Assembly (NCBI GenBank): GCA_964589415.1
Contig: CAZPRQ010000003.1
Span: forward strand, 1-39,785
Direction of reading: 5' to 3'
Source: an uncultured Candidatus Saccharibacteria bacterium
GTDB lineage: Bacteria; Patescibacteriota; Doudnabacteria; UBA920
Length of the DNA stretch: 39,785 bases
Each line of letters begins with the position of its first letter. The first letter of the stretch is position 1. Made by a program: the position numbers and the translations under genes. A model generated the notes under the pieces. That model made no database searches and was not told where the DNA came from. It saw only the letters and a program-made list of their open reading frames with translations. This document shows, piece by piece, positions 1-8,399 of the stretch.

Positions 1-45
1 GCAGAAGAATGGGGACCCCGACTTGGCCAAACGCGTAAGTCCTAT
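1..45. repeat. Window-truncated end of a MITE-like palindromic element with terminus CGCGTAAGTCCTAT
   Basis: The reverse complement (ATAGGACTTACGCGTTTGGCCAAGTCGGGGTCCCCATTCTTCTGC) matches the left end of the 29929-30157 element at roughly 42 of 45 positions by hand alignment. Confidence 0.5.
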
Positions 46-114
46 CAAAAAGCCCACGAGCTAAATGCTTATGCTCGTATTTCAAAAAATATACAAACTC
101 ATTCAATGTAGAAA

Positions 115-1827
115 TTAAGCGTTCATAACCTTTAAGTGGTCTGCCTTAAGCTTACGGAGCGACTTATAACCGCCGTCTTCCTGCAAAATTCTGGACAGGT
201 GCAACCCGCCAATAAAATGCGGCTGAATGGCATAGTCGATATTTTTTTTATACAACAGCAAGGCTTCGGCTTCACTTTGGGCCACAAAAATCATTTTGGG
301 TCTAGTACGCTTATTGCCACTCCGGTTATTTACCGCCTCTATAAGCATGGCATTGTCATGCATGTCGGGAACGGTTGAAACTATTAACTTGGCGTTAGAA
401 AGCCCCACTTCATCCTGTATATAACTGTCGGAAATGTCTCCACAAATGACGTTTAGACCTTGCTTCTCCAGTTTCGCCGCAATTTCGGGATCGAAGTCAA
501 CTATTACCAATGTTTGCTTCTTTTTATCCAAAGTGTCAATTAAATGCGACCCCAGCCTGTTAGCTCCGATCAAAATAATATGATTTTTAAAAACCAAATT
601 GTTAAAACCCTTTTCCACCGAATGCTTCCTAAAATTAAACAACTGAATAATTGGCGCGAGCCAGTTATATAACCTGTCTGAATACAACACCATATAGGAA
701 GAGCCGGCAATGGTAACAATCCCAACTAAAGTAACCAACCCCAGCATAGAGTCCGACAAATGCCCGAGCCGGTTACCAATGGCCGCGACTACAAAACTAA
801 ACTCAGAAATTTGCGCAACGGTAACAGACGCGAAAAAAGATGTTCTTGGCTTATAGCCCATTAGCCCCATTATGACCATTACAATAAGCGGGTTGCCAAT
901 TAGGACAAAGAGGGACAGCAGTATAGCGGGTAATATCATGGAAACAATACCTGCAAAAACCAGCTTTGTGCCAAAAACTATAAAAAAGATAATTATAAAA
1001 AAGTCCCTCAGCGATTTTATTCGTGCAGATATTTCATAATGTACGTGGCTATTGGCCAAGGCAAGGCCGGCCAAAAAACCACCCGCTTCAATACTAAAGC
1101 CTACAAAGGGTGAAGAAATAAAGGCGGCAAAGCCTAATGCCCAGGCCACGGAAAACACCAGCAACATTTCGTCCGACTTGCCAAATCTATTCACAAAACT
1201 CGGAAATACCCGCTTGCTAAGCCACAAAAGCAAAAGCAAAATTATTAACACTTTAGCTGCCAGGGTAACCAGGTACTGCCAACCGTCCAAAGAATAGAAA
1301 ACATCGCGGTGGGAACCCGAACCTCCTGCCATAAATAATAAAATACCCATAGCCACAAAATCTTGTACTAGCAAAATACCAATGCAGATTCTGCCGTATA
1401 GGCTTTGAAGGTCTTTTTTCTCAGCAAGAAGCTTTATAACAATTATAGTGGAGGAGAATGTTAGTGCAGTGGAAACGTAAAGCGAAACCAAACTCGAAAA
1501 ACCCAAGCCCAAGCAAATAAAGTAACCTATTGCAAAAGTAAATATTATTTGCCCAAGCCCAGTGTAAAGAGCCACTTTGCCCAAATCTTTTATTCGCTTA
1601 ACATCTAATTCAAGTCCGACCATAAACAAAAGCAGGGCAATGCCAATTTGCCCCAGCGCGTCCAAGGCGCTATGCTCAGTGCCGTGCATATAACCCAACG
1701 ACCCAACAACAAGTCCGGTAAGGATATACGCGATTATTGAAGGCTGCTTTAACAAACTAACCGCGGCGGCAATTATTCCCGCAAGCACCAAAATACCAGT
1801 TATATCGTAAAATAATTTAAATTCCAT
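115..1827 (-). CDS. CPA2-family monovalent cation:proton antiporter with C-terminal RCK/TrkA-N domain (KefB/KefC-like)
   Basis: 570-aa ORF. About 12 hydrophobic helices typical of the Na+/H+ exchanger fold are followed by a Rossmann-like segment, NHIILIGANRLGSHLIDTL. Confidence 0.8.
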   Translation of the reverse strand: MEFKLFYDITGILVLAGIIAAAVSLLKQPSIIAYILTGLVVGSLGYMHGTEHSALDALGQIGIALLLFMVGLELDVKRIKDLGKVALYTGLGQIIFTFAIGYFICLGLGFSSLVSLYVSTALTFSSTIIVIKLLAEKKDLQSLYGRICIGILLVQDFVAMGILLFMAGGSGSHRDVFYSLDGWQYLVTLAAKVLIILLLLLWLSKRVFPSFVNRFGKSDEMLLVFSVAWALGFAAFISSPFVGFSIEAGGFLAGLALANSHVHYEISARIKSLRDFFIIIFFIVFGTKLVFAGIVSMILPAILLSLFVLIGNPLIVMVIMGLMGYKPRTSFFASVTVAQISEFSFVVAAIGNRLGHLSDSMLGLVTLVGIVTIAGSSYMVLYSDRLYNWLAPIIQLFNFRKHSVEKGFNNLVFKNHIILIGANRLGSHLIDTLDKKKQTLVIVDFDPEIAAKLEKQGLNVICGDISDSYIQDEVGLSNAKLIVSTVPDMHDNAMLIEAVNNRSGNKRTRPKMIFVAQSEAEALLLYKKNIDYAIQPHFIGGLHLSRILQEDGGYKSLRKLKADHLKVMNA

Positions 1828-2022
1828 TTTAACATGTCAATTTTGTTTCAATTTTCTGGCACTATTCAAATATATTATAACATACTGTTTGCTTTTTATT
1901 CCATTATAAATTTACTTGTGTTATTGTTCTATTACTAGGTATTGGGCAATGGCCCAAAAGGAGGAAAACAAACCCCCTAAACAGGGGAGAAGCCAGGAAA
2001 GACTCTTTTGAGTACGCACTAT

Positions 2023-2056
2023 AGGCAGGCGCCATTACCTCCCGCCTGCTTTTTTA
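2023..2056 (+). terminator. Orphan intrinsic terminator on the plus strand upstream of adk
   Basis: Stem GCAGGCG (2025-2031) pairs with CGCCTGC (2043-2049) around an 11-nt loop, followed by TTTTTT (2050-2055). There is no plus-strand ORF upstream, because the neighbouring kef-like gene is on the minus strand. Confidence 0.5.
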
Positions 2057-2098
2057 TTTGCATATTTCACCCAAATTTACTATACTTTTAACATCTTT

Positions 2099-2671
2099 AT
2101 GGATTTAAATACCATATTTTTTATTGGCCCTCAAGGTTCTGGAAAAGGCACGCAAGCAAAATTGCTCGCAAAGCGCCTGGACTTTTACTATTGGGAAATG
2201 GGCGGAATACTGCGAGATTTGAAAAACGAAACAAGCCCCTTAGCGGAGCAGGTCACAAAACTAATAAACGAAGGGGTTCTTTTGCCGGACGAAATCTTGC
2301 TCGAGGTGGTAAAATCCAAGCTTTCCGACATAAAACCCGAGCAAGGCATAATATTTGACGGAATACCCCGACGCATAGGACAAGCTGAATTTTTATTCAA
2401 TTTTTTAAAGGCTCAAGGCAGGTCTGAGTTTACGACCTTGTTTGTTAACCTGCCAAAAGAAGAAAGCATTAAGCGCATTATGCTTCGGGCAGAAAAAGAA
2501 AATCGCGCGGACGACACCCCGGAAAAAATTGAATTCCGCCTAAAACAATACGAAAAGGACACCTTGCCGGTTGTAGATTACTTAAAGGAGCACACGCGCT
2601 TTATGGAAATAAGCGGTCTTCCTAAAATAGAACAAGTAACCGAAGACATTAATGCCGCCCTGGAGTTATAG
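2099..2671 (+). CDS. adk: Adenylate kinase, short form without a zinc lid
   Basis: P-loop IFFIGPQGSGKGTQAKLLAKRL, NMP-binding GGILRD, IFDGIPRR and RADD motifs. 190 aa. Confidence 0.85.
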   Translation: MDLNTIFFIGPQGSGKGTQAKLLAKRLDFYYWEMGGILRDLKNETSPLAEQVTKLINEGVLLPDEILLEVVKSKLSDIKPEQGIIFDGIPRRIGQAEFLFNFLKAQGRSEFTTLFVNLPKEESIKRIMLRAEKENRADDTPEKIEFRLKQYEKDTLPVVDYLKEHTRFMEISGLPKIEQVTEDINAALEL

Positions 2672-2674
2672 GTT

Positions 2675-3280
2675 ATGCAAAAAAACGTCCGACCCATAAA
2701 TATTATTTTGCTCGGCGACCCGGCGGCAGGGAAAGCCACCCAGGCAAACTTATTGCTTAAGCGTTTTCCGCTTTATGACCTGGATATGGGTAAGGAATTG
2801 AGGGTATTGAAAAGCAAGGACGCGAGAGTAAAAAAACTTCTGGAAGGCACTTATGACAAGGGCAATTTAACCCAAACTGATCTGGTCCGCTCCATTCATA
2901 AACAACAAATTTTTAAAACTCCAAAAAAACTCGGCATTTTGTTTGACGGCACGCCAAAAATGGTGGGCGAAGCCAGGTTAGTACAAAAATGGCTCAAACA
3001 AACAGGGCGCGACCGGGCACTGCTTATTTACCTTTCAATTCCCATGGCGGAAACGTTAAAGCGCATGGAGAAAAGAGTGGAATACTTTAAAGGAAAATTC
3101 AGCAAACGAGCGGACGATAACCAACAAGCATTAAAAAACCGAGTAAAATATTACCGAAAAAACATATCCGCCGTACTGCGATATTTTAAAAAAATATACC
3201 CAAGTAAAAATATTTCCGGACTTGGCAATGTTGGAGATGTTAATAAGCGGCTTCTGAAATTTATTAAAGCCGTGAATTAA
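2675..3280 (+). CDS. Divergent adenylate kinase-like nucleoside monophosphate kinase, a tandem paralog
   Basis: IILLGDPAAGKATQANLL P-loop variant (GKAT instead of GKGT), LFDGTPK and RADDN motifs. The start lies 3 nt after the adk stop, consistent with translational coupling. Confidence 0.65.
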   Translation: MQKNVRPINIILLGDPAAGKATQANLLLKRFPLYDLDMGKELRVLKSKDARVKKLLEGTYDKGNLTQTDLVRSIHKQQIFKTPKKLGILFDGTPKMVGEARLVQKWLKQTGRDRALLIYLSIPMAETLKRMEKRVEYFKGKFSKRADDNQQALKNRVKYYRKNISAVLRYFKKIYPSKNISGLGNVGDVNKRLLKFIKAVN

Positions 3281-3323
3281 AAAACGATCATAAGAATGCG
3301 ACTACGCCGCGAGTTTAAATGTT

Positions 3324-4085
3324 ATGAAGAAGAAATTAATTAAAAGCCAAGCAGAAATTGAGACAATCGCCGAAGGCGGCAAGCTCATTCACGATATTTT
3401 AAGAAAAACCGCCGGGCTTGTCAGGCCCGGTGTTTCAACCTGGGAATTAAACCAAATGGCGGAACAGGAAATTTACGCCATTGGAGCAAGACCCAGTTTT
3501 AAAAATTACGGACCTAAAAAAAACCCCTTTCCCGCGGGCCTTTGCACATCCGTAAATGACCAGGTTGTTCACGGCATGCCTTCTAAAACGGTAATCCTGA
3601 AGGAAGGGGATATTGTTTCGTTAGATATTGGCATGGAATATAAAAGCCTTTTCACAGACACAGCTATAACCGTACCCGTAGGCAAAGTTTCCGATGCGGC
3701 TAAAAAACTAATCGAAATTACAAAAAAAGCTTTGACTGTAGGGATTGATGCAATAAAGCCCGGCCTCAAAGTTGGCGCTATTAGCTCGGCTATACAACAG
3801 ACAGCTGAATCGTCCGGATTTTCGGTTGTAAGGGATTTGGTCGGGCACGGCGTTGGATACGAAGTGCACGAGGATCCGCCCATACCTTGCTATGGCAAAC
3901 CCACACAAGGCATTACACTGGAAGAGGGCATGGTGCTGGCAATTGAGCCCATGCTTTGCATTGGAGAACACTTTGTAATTTTTGACAGCGATGGCTGGAC
4001 AGTCCGCACAACGGACGGAGAACTTTCGGCTCATTTCGAGCACACCGTGGCTGTAACCAAAAACGGGTCGAAAATTCTCACTTAG
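3324..4085 (+). CDS. map: Type I methionine aminopeptidase
   Basis: VVHGMP, DIVSLDIG, GHGVGYEVHEDP, LAIEPM and HFEHTV metal-ligand motifs. 253 aa. Confidence 0.9.
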   Translation: MKKKLIKSQAEIETIAEGGKLIHDILRKTAGLVRPGVSTWELNQMAEQEIYAIGARPSFKNYGPKKNPFPAGLCTSVNDQVVHGMPSKTVILKEGDIVSLDIGMEYKSLFTDTAITVPVGKVSDAAKKLIEITKKALTVGIDAIKPGLKVGAISSAIQQTAESSGFSVVRDLVGHGVGYEVHEDPPIPCYGKPTQGITLEEGMVLAIEPMLCIGEHFVIFDSDGWTVRTTDGELSAHFEHTVAVTKNGSKILT

Positions 4086-5163
4086 TCCAAACGTTATTTT
4101 CTTTAATTAAACCACTTAAAGTTTCAACCTGTTTTATGGTGTGTGCCGGAAAATTTCCAATGCGGATTTCCCGGTCTTTTTTTTCGCCATATCCGGCTCC
4201 AATACAAAAACCTTGCTCCTGTAATCGCCTTATTATGCCGGCCGAACCGTTCTTGGCTGCCGCTACAATTACAGTTGGGGACTGAAAGTCCGTATTTTGG
4301 ACCCCGATTGACAATTCGGAACAATTTTTAACTGCTTCGTATAAAATTTTTGCTTTTTTAAAAGTTTGTTCAACAAGCACTCCTATTCCCTTACGCAAAT
4401 AATCTTTGCACACTTCGTTTAATAAAAACATATTTACAACATTGGGGGTTTCCGGAACTTGATGTTTTGCCTCATAGGCCATAAGTTCTTTAAATGAATG
4501 GTGGGAACCCGTATATTGCCCGGTGCTTTCTATGTCCATGGAAATTTTAGCGGCTCTTGGGCTCGATAAAATTACCCCCAAACCGGCGGGCAAGCCCATG
4601 CCTTTCTGTACGGATAGAAAGATTAAATCTATTTGTGAAAAATCCACATTGCTGACAGGAGCGGAGGATACGACATCCATAGCAATTAAACTGTCAGGGT
4701 AACGCTGTCTAATGCCCGAAATAAGCTTTTGGGGCAAAACCACGCCTGTGCTGGTTTCATTATGAGTGAGACAAATAAGTTCAGGGCTAATGTCGGTTGG
4801 TAACTGATCTAGGGTAAAAGAACTGTCAGAAAGGACGTCTACCCTCACTGTATTCCTGCCTATTTGTCTGGCAATGTTATAAAACTTTTGGGAAAATGAA
4901 CCGCAAACCAAATGCAAAGTTTCCTTGAAGCTGCAGTTTTGTACAATACGCTCCATCCATTCCGTAGCGCAACCATTATAAAAAACATGATAGTTCTGGG
5001 AAACGCCCAAAAGATCTTTTAAATTTTTACCCAGCTCTTTGTGCAGCTCCATAAACTGGCCTCCACGATGCGAAATTGACCCTATGTCCGAATTTATGGC
5101 CTCCTGCATAAAAGCGCCGTACTTTGCATGTAATTGTGATGGTCCAACCGTAAAATAAATCAT
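4078..5163 (-). CDS. serC: Class V aminotransferase, phosphoserine aminotransferase-like
   Basis: The N-terminus FTVGPS...SISHRGGQF resembles SerC F-S-GPA...SHRGKEF. It also has an NETSTG motif and a PLP-lysine context, SVQKGMGLPAGLGVI. Its 3' end overlaps map by 8 nt in convergent orientation. Confidence 0.6.
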   Translation of the reverse strand: MIYFTVGPSQLHAKYGAFMQEAINSDIGSISHRGGQFMELHKELGKNLKDLLGVSQNYHVFYNGCATEWMERIVQNCSFKETLHLVCGSFSQKFYNIARQIGRNTVRVDVLSDSSFTLDQLPTDISPELICLTHNETSTGVVLPQKLISGIRQRYPDSLIAMDVVSSAPVSNVDFSQIDLIFLSVQKGMGLPAGLGVILSSPRAAKISMDIESTGQYTGSHHSFKELMAYEAKHQVPETPNVVNMFLLNEVCKDYLRKGIGVLVEQTFKKAKILYEAVKNCSELSIGVQNTDFQSPTVIVAAAKNGSAGIIRRLQEQGFCIGAGYGEKKDREIRIGNFPAHTIKQVETLSGLIKENNVWTK

Positions 5164-5238
5164 GGTTTATACTCCCTAGCTACTCGTCCCTAACTCTCAA
5201 CTACGTTCGCAATTGCGAACTCAGTTGAGAGAAATGTT

Positions 5239-7002
5239 TTATAGCTTATTTGCTATTTCATTTGTTAGTTTTGACACTAAATCGTTAATGCTCATTTGCC
5301 CCAAATCTTGGCCTTCTCGAGTGCGCACAGCAACCATTTTGGCATCTACTTCTTTTTGGCCAATTATAATTTGGTAGGGGACTTTACTTTGGGAGGCTTC
5401 TCGAATTTTTTTGCCAATAGATTCATTACGCTCGTCTATTTCTAAACGTAAGTCGGGCAAAACAGCCTCCAACTGCTCCCGCACTTCTTTAGCATAACCA
5501 TTTTGGTTTTCCGAAATGGGCAAAATGGCAACTTGGACAGGGGAAAGCCACAAGGGGAAAGCCCCTGCATAATGTTCTATAAGTATGCCTATAAATCTTT
5601 CTAACGATCCGTAAATAACCCTATGAATTGCAATGGGAGTTTTACGGCTACCGTCCTCTGACACATATTCCAACCCGAACCTTCTTGGCTGCTGAAAATC
5701 GAGCTGCACTGTTCCCATTTGCCAGTCCCGTCCAAGCGCGTCTTTCATTAGAATATCCACCTTTGGTCCATAAAAAGCGCCATCTCCTTCCTCTATAAAA
5801 TAATCTTTCCCGCTTTCGGCTAAAATCTTTTTTAACGTAGTTTCGGCGCCATTCCAGGTTTCAATATCGCCCATAAAGTCTTTTGGCCTGGTGCCAAGCC
5901 GAAAACGGTATTGCATGCCAAAAATAGAATAAAACAACTCCACAATTTTAAATACTTCCATATATTCCGATTCCACCATTTCCTCGGCTACATAAATATG
6001 AGCGTCATCCTGGCGAAATTCTCGAACGCGGAATAACCCGTTTAAAGTTCCGGCCAGTTCATAGCGGTGCAAATGGTCGGTGTCGCCAAGCCTTAAGGGC
6101 AGCTCTTTATACGAACGCAGCTTGCTACCAAATACCACATGGGCATTTGGGCAATTCATGGCCTTAACTCCATATTCTTCATTTTCTCCCATGTTTGCTA
6201 CAAACATATTTTCCCAATAATGTTCGTAGTGGCCGGAAGTTACGTACAACTCTTTTTTATTTAGCAGAGGGGAAACAATTTCCTGATAACCGCGTTTTTT
6301 ATGCTCTTTGCGCCAAAAATTCACCAATTCATTGTACAAAATAACTCCCTTTGGCAGCCAGTAAGGCATGCCTGGAGAAGTGGGGTGGAACATAAACAGT
6401 TCAAGCTTTTGTCCCAAAACTTTATGATCCCGTTTTTCAGCCTCTTCCAGCATTTTTAAATGGGCTTTTAAATTCTCGCTGCTTTCAAATGCCAAACCGT
6501 ACACGCGGGTCAGCATGGGATTTTTACTGTCGCCACGCCAATATGCGCCGGCAAGCTTGTGGAGCTTAAAGCACTCCGGATCTATCTCCTTCATGCTCTC
6601 CACATGACCTCCGCGGCACAAGTCTACAAATTTTCCGGATTTATAAAAAGAAATAGGTTCGCCCTTCTTAACCAATTCTTCAATAATTTCAAGTTTAAAC
6701 GGGTTTCCTTCCCAAGTTTTTCTGGCCTCGTCCGGCGTGACTTCAATTTTTTCGAACTTATCCCAAGTATGTAGCAATTTTTTCATTTGCTTCTCAATTT
6801 TAGGCAAATCGCTTTCGGTAATGGGATTTTCGCTACTTTCGAAGTCATAATAAAAACCGTCTTCCACCGGAGGACCAATGGTAATTTTTGCTTTGGGATA
6901 AAACTCTAAAAGCGCTGCCGCAAACAAATGCGCGAGCGAATGCCTAATGGCGTGGAGATGTTCGTTATTGTGTTCCATAATTGTTATATTCTGTTGTGTC
7001 AT
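5239..7002 (-). CDS. thrS: Threonyl-tRNA synthetase lacking the N-terminal TGS domain
   Basis: The protein begins almost directly at the editing-domain HxxxH motif (HAIRHSLAHL). Class II core motifs and a C-terminal anticodon-binding domain are present. The annotated ATG (7000-7002) lies inside a repeat unit, and an alternative start is at M9. Confidence 0.9.
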   Translation of the reverse strand: MTQQNITIMEHNNEHLHAIRHSLAHLFAAALLEFYPKAKITIGPPVEDGFYYDFESSENPITESDLPKIEKQMKKLLHTWDKFEKIEVTPDEARKTWEGNPFKLEIIEELVKKGEPISFYKSGKFVDLCRGGHVESMKEIDPECFKLHKLAGAYWRGDSKNPMLTRVYGLAFESSENLKAHLKMLEEAEKRDHKVLGQKLELFMFHPTSPGMPYWLPKGVILYNELVNFWRKEHKKRGYQEIVSPLLNKKELYVTSGHYEHYWENMFVANMGENEEYGVKAMNCPNAHVVFGSKLRSYKELPLRLGDTDHLHRYELAGTLNGLFRVREFRQDDAHIYVAEEMVESEYMEVFKIVELFYSIFGMQYRFRLGTRPKDFMGDIETWNGAETTLKKILAESGKDYFIEEGDGAFYGPKVDILMKDALGRDWQMGTVQLDFQQPRRFGLEYVSEDGSRKTPIAIHRVIYGSLERFIGILIEHYAGAFPLWLSPVQVAILPISENQNGYAKEVREQLEAVLPDLRLEIDERNESIGKKIREASQSKVPYQIIIGQKEVDAKMVAVRTREGQDLGQMSINDLVSKLTNEIANKL

Positions 7003-7036
7003 TGCGAGGTCAGGGCTTTAACTGACCGAAGCAATC
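6997..7036 (+). repeat. Repeat unit A, GTGTCATTGCGAG-[hairpin]-CCGAAGCAATC, on the 3' side of the GIY-YIG gene
   Basis: The same two modules, GTGTCATTGCGAG and CCGAAGCAATC, recur in inverted orientation at 7439-7469. The internal hairpin is GGTCAG/CTGACC. Confidence 0.55.
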
Positions 7037-7043
7037 TTTAATG

Positions 7044-7319
7044 CTACAAAATAATTTGGCTATATAAATCCTTCCATTCAGGATTTAATTTGTTAATCAA
7101 TATTATCTTCTTATTTCTAGAACCACCCTTAATTTGCTTTTCTCTTAAAATTGCGCTTTCAATACTATCGAAGACTTCGTAATACACCAATTTCGTCACA
7201 TTATATTTACTAGTAAAACCTTTAACTAAGTGATTTTTATGTTCAAAAACTCTTCGGATTAAATTATTTGTTACCCCTGTGTAAAGAACAGAATTGGTAA
7301 TGCTGGTCATTATATACAA
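7044..7319 (-). CDS. GIY-YIG nuclease-domain minigene (UPF0213-like)
   Basis: YIMTS....LYTGVTNNLIRRVFEHK...YYEVF....AILREKQIKGGSR matches the GIY-YIG core. It has a TTG start and encodes 91 aa. Confidence 0.8.
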   Translation of the reverse strand: MYIMTSITNSVLYTGVTNNLIRRVFEHKNHLVKGFTSKYNVTKLVYYEVFDSIESAILREKQIKGGSRNKKIILINKLNPEWKDLYSQIIL

Positions 7320-7382
7320 AATAACTTTTGGTTAGCACGTGTTTACAATTACTAAAAATTATTTAATATAACACAGTTGTGG

Positions 7383-7469
7383 TGCGTCATTGCGAGGAGC
7401 ACACTCTACGAAGCACTCTCTAGGTAAGGTAGTAAAATAGATTGCTTCGGATGCACTCGCAATGACACA
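7383..7469. repeat. Repeat units B (plus orientation) and C (inverted), forming a hairpin upstream of the GIY-YIG gene
   Basis: Unit B at 7383-7420 reads GCGTCATTGCGAGGAGCACACTCTACGAAGCACTCTC. The reverse complement of 7439-7469 reads GTGTCATTGCGAGTGCATCCGAAGCAATC. Confidence 0.55.
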
Positions 7470-7532
7470 CGAAAATAGTTATCCTTTTCATAATTTTTAG
7501 TAATTTAGTCTATTTAGTATTTAGTAGAGGAC

Positions 7533-7587
7533 AAAAAAACCCCAGGATAGGACCACCGAATTAAAATTCGATGACCCAATCCTGGGG
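7533..7587 (-). terminator. Possible minus-strand intrinsic terminator, or the 3' end of an unassigned RNA
   Basis: CCCCAGGAT (7540-7548) pairs with ATCCTGGGG (7579-7587). The A7 run at 7533-7539 gives a T7 tail on the minus strand. The loop is long and partly self-pairing. Confidence 0.4.
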
Positions 7588-7866
7588 TCCGTGCCCTTAA
7601 CTTTAAGGGTAGGACGTTTCCGTCCCAGCTTGCCCTCAAAGCATACGACCAGCAATGAGAGCCTTTTCATCTAAAATAGTCTCTAGAACCAATTTTAGAT
7701 TCATTTATTTACTTCGTTCAGACTCCCTAGCTTGGTAGGCCAAGTACAAACGCCTGAAAGAACTAAAATAACTATACCAAAAGTAAAATGCTTAAGCAAG
7801 GCCACTTTTCCACATAATTTTTAGCCTTTATTTAAGCTATAAATACTAAATTTATGCTATTAGCTA

Positions 7867-7895
7867 TTGACTTTTTACTAAATTTGAAGTATAAT
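7867..7895 (+). promoter_or_regulatory. Near-consensus sigma70-type promoter
   Basis: TTGACT (7867-7872), a 17-nt spacer, then TATAAT (7890-7895). Confidence 0.55.
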
Positions 7896-7902
7896 ATGAT
7901 TT

Positions 7903-8150
7903 CATCATTTGGCACATTATAAATCTAAATATTTATAGTGTAAGCCTCATGGTGATACGCGCCTTTTTTTGCCCGCACGCGGGCACGTATTAACAGGACC
8001 GAGGAATTGGTACGCGGATGAAACTGATTCCTCAAGAAAGGGAGGCGAACTGCCACGCCGGCTGGCAGCCCGAGAGGTAAGCGGTATGGTTTTTTGCCAG
8101 AGCTAATCTCTCACCCCCCACCACATTTGGGAAATTGGTGGGGTTTTTTT
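7903..8150 (+). ncRNA. Candidate ~250-nt non-coding RNA of unknown class, running from promoter to terminator with no credible ORF
   Basis: It is bounded by the 7867 promoter and the 8116-8150 terminator. It is GC-rich relative to its surroundings. Internal hairpins are GCCCG/CGGGC (about 7971-7985), GAGGAAT/ATTCCTC (about 8001-8033) and CTGCCA/TGGCAG (about 8050-8068). Only 6-20-codon ORFs are present. Confidence 0.4.
8116..8150 (+). terminator. Intrinsic terminator
   Basis: CCCCACCA (8116-8123) pairs with TGGTGGGG (8136-8143), followed by T7 (8144-8150). Confidence 0.7.
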
Positions 8151-8264
8151 ATTTCAGGACAAAACCTATGCTACATAATATCTTATTGGCTGATTATCCT
8201 ATGTGAACCTGTAAAATAGAGGTACTTGCGGTTGCACTTCAGATTTAAATTTGCGGAATTTCAA

Positions 8265-8293
8265 TTGACAAATGTCCATAAATCTGCTTAAAT
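8265..8293 (+). promoter_or_regulatory. Putative promoter of the two-gene secreted-protein unit
   Basis: TTGACA (8265-8270), a 17-nt spacer, then TTAAAT (8288-8293). Confidence 0.45.
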
Positions 8294-8399
8294 AAGTGGT
8301 TGTGTTTATTGAAGTTTTTTAAACATGCGCCCGACTGACACGCTGCTGCAGTGGGGAATCCGGCTGCTTAGCTGGAAATTCAAAACTGAAGGTGGAAAA

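Noticed and set aside
7495-7525. Four TTTAGT repeats spaced 9, 9 and 7 nt apart, as possible iterons
   Set aside because: The sequence is short and AT-rich and sits in an AT-rich spacer. It is compatible with chance or an UP-element-like tract, and no associated replication or partition gene is present.
7320-8324. Possible SRP RNA, RNase P RNA, tmRNA or a known riboswitch in the 1-kb gene-free region
   Set aside because: I looked for four signatures and found none. They were the SRP domain IV motif (GGAA tetraloop with a flanking AGCA), RNase P GAGGAAAGTCC, a tmRNA tRNA-like CCA end, and the B12, TPP or FMN core motifs. The RNAs remain unclassified rather than assigned.
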